Assembly: GCA_040285825.1 (NCBI GenBank)
Contig: JAUPSS010000004.1
Location: forward strand, 372,001 to 436,000
DNA length: 64,000 nt
Direction of reading: 5' to 3'
Source of the DNA: Eukaryota sp. TZLM1-RC
Taxonomy: Eukaryota; Protista; Metamonada: BaSk clade
Under the pieces are notes generated by a model that saw only the letters and a program-made list of their open reading frames with translations, searched no databases and was not told the DNA's origin. The translations under genes were made by a program, and so were the position numbers. Shown in pieces: positions 58,090 to 64,000 of the stretch; position 1 is the stretch's first letter, and each line of letters starts with the position of its first letter.

Positions 58090-59530
58090 TCGTGAATGTT
58101 GATACAATAAAGTCGATTATTTGATTGTAATTCACTGATTATCATTTGCGTTAAAGGATTGAATTTTGAAATCAATCTTTCCTTCTTTAAATATGATTGC
58201 TTTAACGGCATATATGCAGGTCTAAATGAGCAGCTTTACATTTTAAAAAACTATTCAACAAAATAGGCTGCAATAGAACTTGGTTAAATTTGCTTTACTT
58301 TTGAATTCTCCAATTTGGATGGAATTGACATAACGGCAAGTCATATTCATATGGGGCTATTCCACATTTTCTGATTTAATTGTGAGGAAAAATCAAGAGT
58401 TTAAACCAAAAACGTAAAATTTGATTAAATATTGTTTCCACAAAAATTTACAATGTTAACAACTGTTTTTATTCAAACTTCATACATTTCGATAAAGTGA
58501 TCGCTGATTTTGATTCAAGGCGGTAGGTTTAGAAGTTTCATGGACTAGGTACTGAAAGGGATACCCCATTCAATCGACATTTGGCATAGATTTCTATGAT
58601 ATCCAACACTGTTTCGACAAATAATCTGCTTTTATCAGCCTTCAGAATGTTCTAAGTCCCTAGCTTACTTACCCAGAACTTAAAGAGTGATGGTTTAGAT
58701 TATTTGCCGAACTTTGAATGATGTGGTTCCTATTGCATCAGCAATGTCAGATAATCAACATTCAGGCTGATGGTGCTATACAGGTAGTGTATATGGATCA
58801 TATAACTAAATCTTACAAATACAAAAGTTGACAAAGGTCATTGAGAATGAACTTATTAAACTTGCGGATCGCAGATGAAGGACTTGAAATCATATGAGGC
58901 TGACTTTAAGCTAAAATCCAATTGAACCCGTCCTGACAAAATTATCGAAGAAAATTAAAAATTTGAAAGAGCAGACAACAATTGAGAAATATCAGGAAAT
59001 CCTAGATTGTCAACACAACAATAGTAAACTTTGCTCGGATTTCCTGTCAATGGTAAATAATCAAGCTTGGTCTTAGGAACAGTCGCTGTTATAAGTGATA
59101 GAACCAAACCTATAGAAAGAACTCCGTGAAAGTCAGAAGCAAAGAGGTTGGAAACGATTGTATTGAAAGCAAGTCTTGTTGTTGCTTTTACTTGAATTCT
59201 GACAATACCAATCACATTTGCAGCACTTTTGCCATTCAAGGGATCTGTTTCTAAAATTTACAAAAATCTCAGAGAATATATTATATCAAGAATTTCAGCA
59301 ATACAAAAAATGATGCTTGTGTTGTTCTAGTTTCTGACACCTTTTCAATGTCGAAAATTTTAATATTTTACTCAATGCAATATTTATTTAAAACACAGTG
59401 AATGAAAAATCATCAACTATACAACTAGTGCTCGCACATTCTCAAAACCCGCCTCTCATTCATCGAAACAATTAATTAACTAAAGATTTGGAAAAATTAC
59501 CACCTTTTTTTGAAATATTTCGATCTATCT

Positions 59531-60957
59531 ATTTATTTAATTGGCACACTTAATTAAATTAACCCATAACTGATGGGACGACTATCATTGAATCAAAATT
59601 TCCTCTCCAAAATCTTGATCTGCTTGCTGTCTAGCTAAAGCTTTTCTTATTCGATTGAAATACCGAGGTTATCTATTAAAAATGGCAAATTGAATCTGTG
59701 AAGACATATCAAATCTCTTCATTGTTTTTTCTTGAACCATTTTTTGGAAGTCATTGAAAAAGTTTCTGCTTCATCTGATAATCTTCCATTTATCGAAAAT
59801 GGTAAAGCAATAAAAACCAGCTGTGTATTTCTATCAGCATTAGCTTCCTCAATATCTTTGTCATATTTTCTATGTTTTTCCTTCGCTTTAAAATCCAGAG
59901 CACTCACAGGATTAAGTTTTCTTCTGTGAACCAAAGTATCATTTGCAACATTACATGAGACAAAGTCAACAATAGCTTCAGAATTATCAATCCAATCACA
60001 GTATACATCACCTCTATCATCAGAACCAAAATTATTCAGAGAAAGTGTTTCCTTCAGCAGGGGCTCTTTGATACACGATATTCTTGCAGTTTGTGCCATA
60101 TTGAAAACAGCATCCTGTAATGAAGAACGATAAGTTATCAATTTAGAACAATTCAGAGCATGGCGCAAAGTGAGTTGAGGTGAATTCGAACAAACACATT
60201 TTCTTTTGACAATAATTGATTAATGGGGATATTCAAATATAATCTCATTTTTGTTATAAATGCTTCATTAGTGGCACACAATACAAATCTTCGTGGTACA
60301 ATGGTTACAAAAAATGAAGAATCTGATGACTGGTTTTCACAAACACCCTTTTCCAATAACAATGAGTGAAGATCTTGATTTAAAACAGCCGAGCTGCATA
60401 TATTATTATAAAGATCATTTTCATACATTCCAGTCAATCGTTTCTGTCATGCTCGAAGAGTGTATTTTAAATTTAAAAGATTCTTGTCTGGAATATTGCC
60501 ATTGAATGATTGGGGAATGGACGACTCCTTTTTTTACATCAATTTTTGAAATTTTGTCATTTAACGTAAAAACAGTGGAACTTTGCATTGTTATTAATAA
60601 ATCTTTCCAATCTGCAAATCTTTCGGAAAACTCAAAGATTGCAATTCTGCATCCACTAATAAAAGCACACGAAGTAAGAATAGAAGCTTTCGTCCACCCT
60701 AAACCGCCATAATGTGGACTAAGATGAGCGTGATCTGAAATTTGGAACATTTTACATCCCAGTAATTGTGACAATACTTTTGTAAGTAACTTCTGGGCCA
60801 AAGGCCTAGTGATAAGAGGATTTGTAGATCAAAATATATGATTAAGGTTGAAACTAAAACACAGTCTTGAATTGGTAAATTTGATGTGTTTTTGTATATC
60901 TAAATTCATTTGTATATCTAAACTCACCATTCGGTCAATTTTGTCGGAAATTAAGTT
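59531..60957 (-). mobile_element. Family B non-LTR 3' fragment (unit 3)
   Basis: ORFs 59719..60168, 60153..60437 and 60421..60801. Confidence 0.9.
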
Positions 60958-63900
60958 TGTTACAATCAGTACGGCAGGATTTCCATTTCAGGAATTTTAC
61001 TTGATTTTTCCATTTGAAGTTATTATATGTGGCATAGTCACATACATCAGCCGCTTTATTGACAAAGGCAGTTTTCAAACAGTCATTTCAGGTTGTTTTT
61101 ACAAAATTGATCATCATTTGATATCTTCCTATGGCGCTCTCAAAATGAATTTGTCATTATTAATGGTCTTGGCTGTTCGTTATTACCAAACATACTGTAT
61201 GAATGTAAAGAAATTTATTACGCAGAAAATAAAAATTCACTCTACTTGACTAGCAGTAAAGTACAATAAACTTTAATAACTATAATATAACTATAATAGA
61301 CTATCAAATACTATTCAAGACTAACACTGTCTTTTTATCTCTTTCGAGCGACGAGCCCTAGAAGCTCTCATCACAGGATGTGAAGTACTAGTTTTGGGAC
61401 GCTTCTAGGATTGGATTTAGTATAGCGACGTGCTTTCGAAGTCTTGGTAAAGTCTTCATACGCGACAGTATTTTGGACTGTAAACATATGTTCGGTGGTC
61501 ATCTTTTTTCCCGGCCATTGTACTTGGCAAAAATTACCGTACTGACTGAGCACCTTTTCTATGATGTGTTCTTCGACATCACCAGCTGCAACCCATGAGT
61601 GGAACTCATCGTTGACAATAACGCTCGAGTGCTAGGGTGCTAAATGTTTGACGCTAGCTTGAACTGTCGTACCTATGCAGAGATTGCTAATATGCACTGA
61701 CGAATTGGATACAATCTCAGTTGTTATCAAAGGTCCTAAATAATTTCCATGTAGCTTAGCGGAGGAAATGAAAGCTCTTAAAACCAATTGACCAACTTCA
61801 AAAAGAATTGGGGTTGTTGATATATTCAGCTTGGAAGCTTTGAAAGCTTCATGTTGTTGTGCCGCCTTTTCCTGTTTTTTTTCAATCTACGAAAATTGAT
61901 TTCTTGAATAAAAGTTGACTCAGACGTCGAGCTTTCAATGATTTCCAGAATTTGCCAGGATCAGATCTAGGCGACACATCAAAACCACAGATCATTTGGT
62001 ATGGCGTGTGGTTTGTTATTGAGCTCTTAGAAGAGTTGATCAAAAATTGTACATAAGGCAAATTTTTGGACCACAGGTCGTAGGCGTTGAAGTCTACGAG
62101 CAATCTCAGCAGGTTTTGCAGGATGTCCTTGTTTCGGCGTTCTACCATGCTGTTGGGCTGAAAAAATTCTGGGAATTGTCTTTGACACCTTTATGCCCAA
62201 AAATTTGCTCAATTCGTCGAAGACAGCCTTGGAAAATTCGGGTCCATTATCACTGTGTATTTGAAATGGGATGCGAAAAATGGCACTGACTGTCAAAATT
62301 GATGCATCTGCAGTAAAATTGGCATTTATTGCTTTTAAAGTGACAATAATCGTGAACCTAGAGAAGCTGTCAATCAATACAAGGATGTGTTTGTGGCCTT
62401 TTGGATCTTCTTGAAGAGGACCAATGACGTCGTCGTTGACACGAGCTAAGGCTTTGTCAGCCTACAATAAACCGGATGGGGGATCGTGCAGTTTGGGAAC
62501 TGGCTTAGTTTTCTGACAGGAGTGCCATTCGTTGACGTGCTTGTTCATGTCAGTGAGCATGTTTGGCCACCAATAATCACTGTTTCTGTGCTTGTTCAGG
62601 CATTCAGTTTTGCTTTGGTGGTCTTTTTGCAAAGGTCTGTGCAACAAGTTGAAGGTGTCCTTAATAAGTGATTAGGGAATCACAATTTTGTTGTGAGTCA
62701 TATATAAATCAAGATCATTATTATGCACACAGTTGTTGAAAAAGTGGTCTTTGGAAACTATGGCAAGCTTCTGTTTGAACTTATCCTACAAAGCCATGGT
62801 TCAAAAATAAGAAGGTCGTTGGAACAACGTTCTTTGAGGACCATGATGATGTGTTCAAGTCTTCAATATAGTATCTTTCCTTTTCAGTTCCATCAATTTT
62901 ATCTACGTTAAACATTGAATGGAAATTTGAAGACGTTTGATGGTACAAATGATTGATCTCATGATGGTTCGTAGGCAAAAATATTCTAGACGACATGTTT
63001 GCATGAACAATATAGCATAGAGTTCCTTTTGGTTAGTTAAACCAGTTCTTTTGACTGTTTGATAACAAACAATTGAAGAAACTGATTGGCCTACACTTTT
63101 GGTTGATTAAAGGTGCACCGGGGTCTTTGACAGGTTCAGTTTGACTCCGAATGACTCCACCAACAGCGATATAGGATGCATCGCAACTTATCAGAACTTG
63201 ATTTTTCAATGGAGGTAAGTTGAGAGGCATGTGCATTGCTATCAATTGTTTGATCTGAGTCAGGAGTTTATAGTGCATGTCGGTCCATTGAAGGCGTTGT
63301 GTTCTGCGTTTGGATTTAACGTTTTCGTTGTTCCCCTCCTCATTCTGAATCAGTTTGATGATAAGAGCAATGAGCTCAAATACATGTAGCAGCCATTTTT
63401 TGACAAAGTTGACTGATTCTACAGGGTTGCCGACGTCCTTCACCGACTTTGGTCTAGCAAGATTCAACAAAGATTCGGTCTAAGTAGGATCTATTGTCCT
63501 TGTTTTGTTCTGAAAAACACTGCCCAATATCTTTATTGGGTGTTTAGACGACACGAGGTGGCGCTTTGCAAATCCCAAGGATACTTTTTCGGATCTTGCT
63601 TGCTCAAGGTTATGCTTGAGGTGGTCGTGGAATTCGTCAAAGGTTGTACCTATGGCTATTTTGGCATCTATGCAAATGAATAATCTTTCTTCAGAGAAGT
63701 TGTCAGTCATGACGTTTTGGAAATCAACAGGGAAATTCTTGAGGCCGTAAGCTGCACGTTTGACCATGATGCTTTTGCAGGGAATGTTCAGGACTGTTTT
63801 CTGCCAGTCCTTTTTAGCATTCTTCAGTTCCCAAAAAAACTTTGGAAAGATCAAAAGTGGCTATATAGTTCGCTTGGGAGAGAAAAAATAGCACATTCGT

Positions 63901-64000
63901 TCAACAGGGGCTCAACAGAAATTATGTTGGCGTTAACTCCTTTGTCGTTCATAAAGGTGATGTATCCAGTAGACAGAATGCGTTTCAAGTCAATGATCCC
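60958..64000 (-). mobile_element. Chromovirus copy, unit 3 (LTR 60958-61326), runs off the window
   Basis: Homolog of 42351-45440 with additional stops and frameshifts. Confidence 0.92.

Larger units (their letters stand above)
40893..64000. repeat. Tandem segmental array, base unit ~8.75 kb (units start at ~40893, ~49665, ~59531; third unit runs off the window)
   Basis: Matching ORF offsets are 8760 (41534 to 50294), 9866-9868 across the 1.1 kb insertion (44436 to 54304, 47192 to 57058) and 8729 (54304 to 63033). Confidence 0.95.

Noticed and set aside
1-64000. Stop-codon reassignment as the cause of broken ORFs
   Set aside because: Host genes are long and open in the standard code and end in TAA, TAG or TGA. 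Breaks in TEs include frameshifts and differ between copies.
1-64000. CRISPR array, rRNA, tRNA or telomeric tract
   Set aside because: No regularly spaced repeat-spacer array and no recognisable RNA gene or telomeric run was seen. Short structured RNAs could be missed by eye.

Overview
AT-rich eukaryotic (probably protist) genomic DNA. The genetic code appears standard, and two tiny GT-AG introns (28 and 32 nt) are visible. The window is dominated by transposons. It holds many fragments of CRE-like non-LTR retrotransposons (RT + CCHC + restriction-like endonuclease) from at least three families, three copies of a decayed Ty3/gypsy chromovirus, a young 1.1 kb gag-only LTR element, two Fanzor1 (eukaryotic TnpB) remnants and a MULE remnant. 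One Fanzor remnant lies just downstream of a 2A-like StopGo peptide (DGDVEANPGP) and NLS-like basic stretches. Host-type genes: three RCC1-repeat/LRR-like genes (one broken), a Crinkler-type NTPase-REase, a membrane-anchored Arf-like GTPase, a Cys-rich type I membrane protein, GH38 alpha-mannosidase, a spliced tandem dsRBD-like protein, a CTL/SLC44 choline transporter, a small secreted Cys-repeat protein and a spliced ubiquitin-(PARP-like) ADP-ribosyltransferase fusion in two copies. Positions 1-33 kb contain three concentric inverted duplications. Positions 40.9-64 kb form a mosaic tandem array with a unit of about 8.75 kb. All calls come from motif recognition by eye; no searches were run, and boundaries of degenerate elements are approximate.
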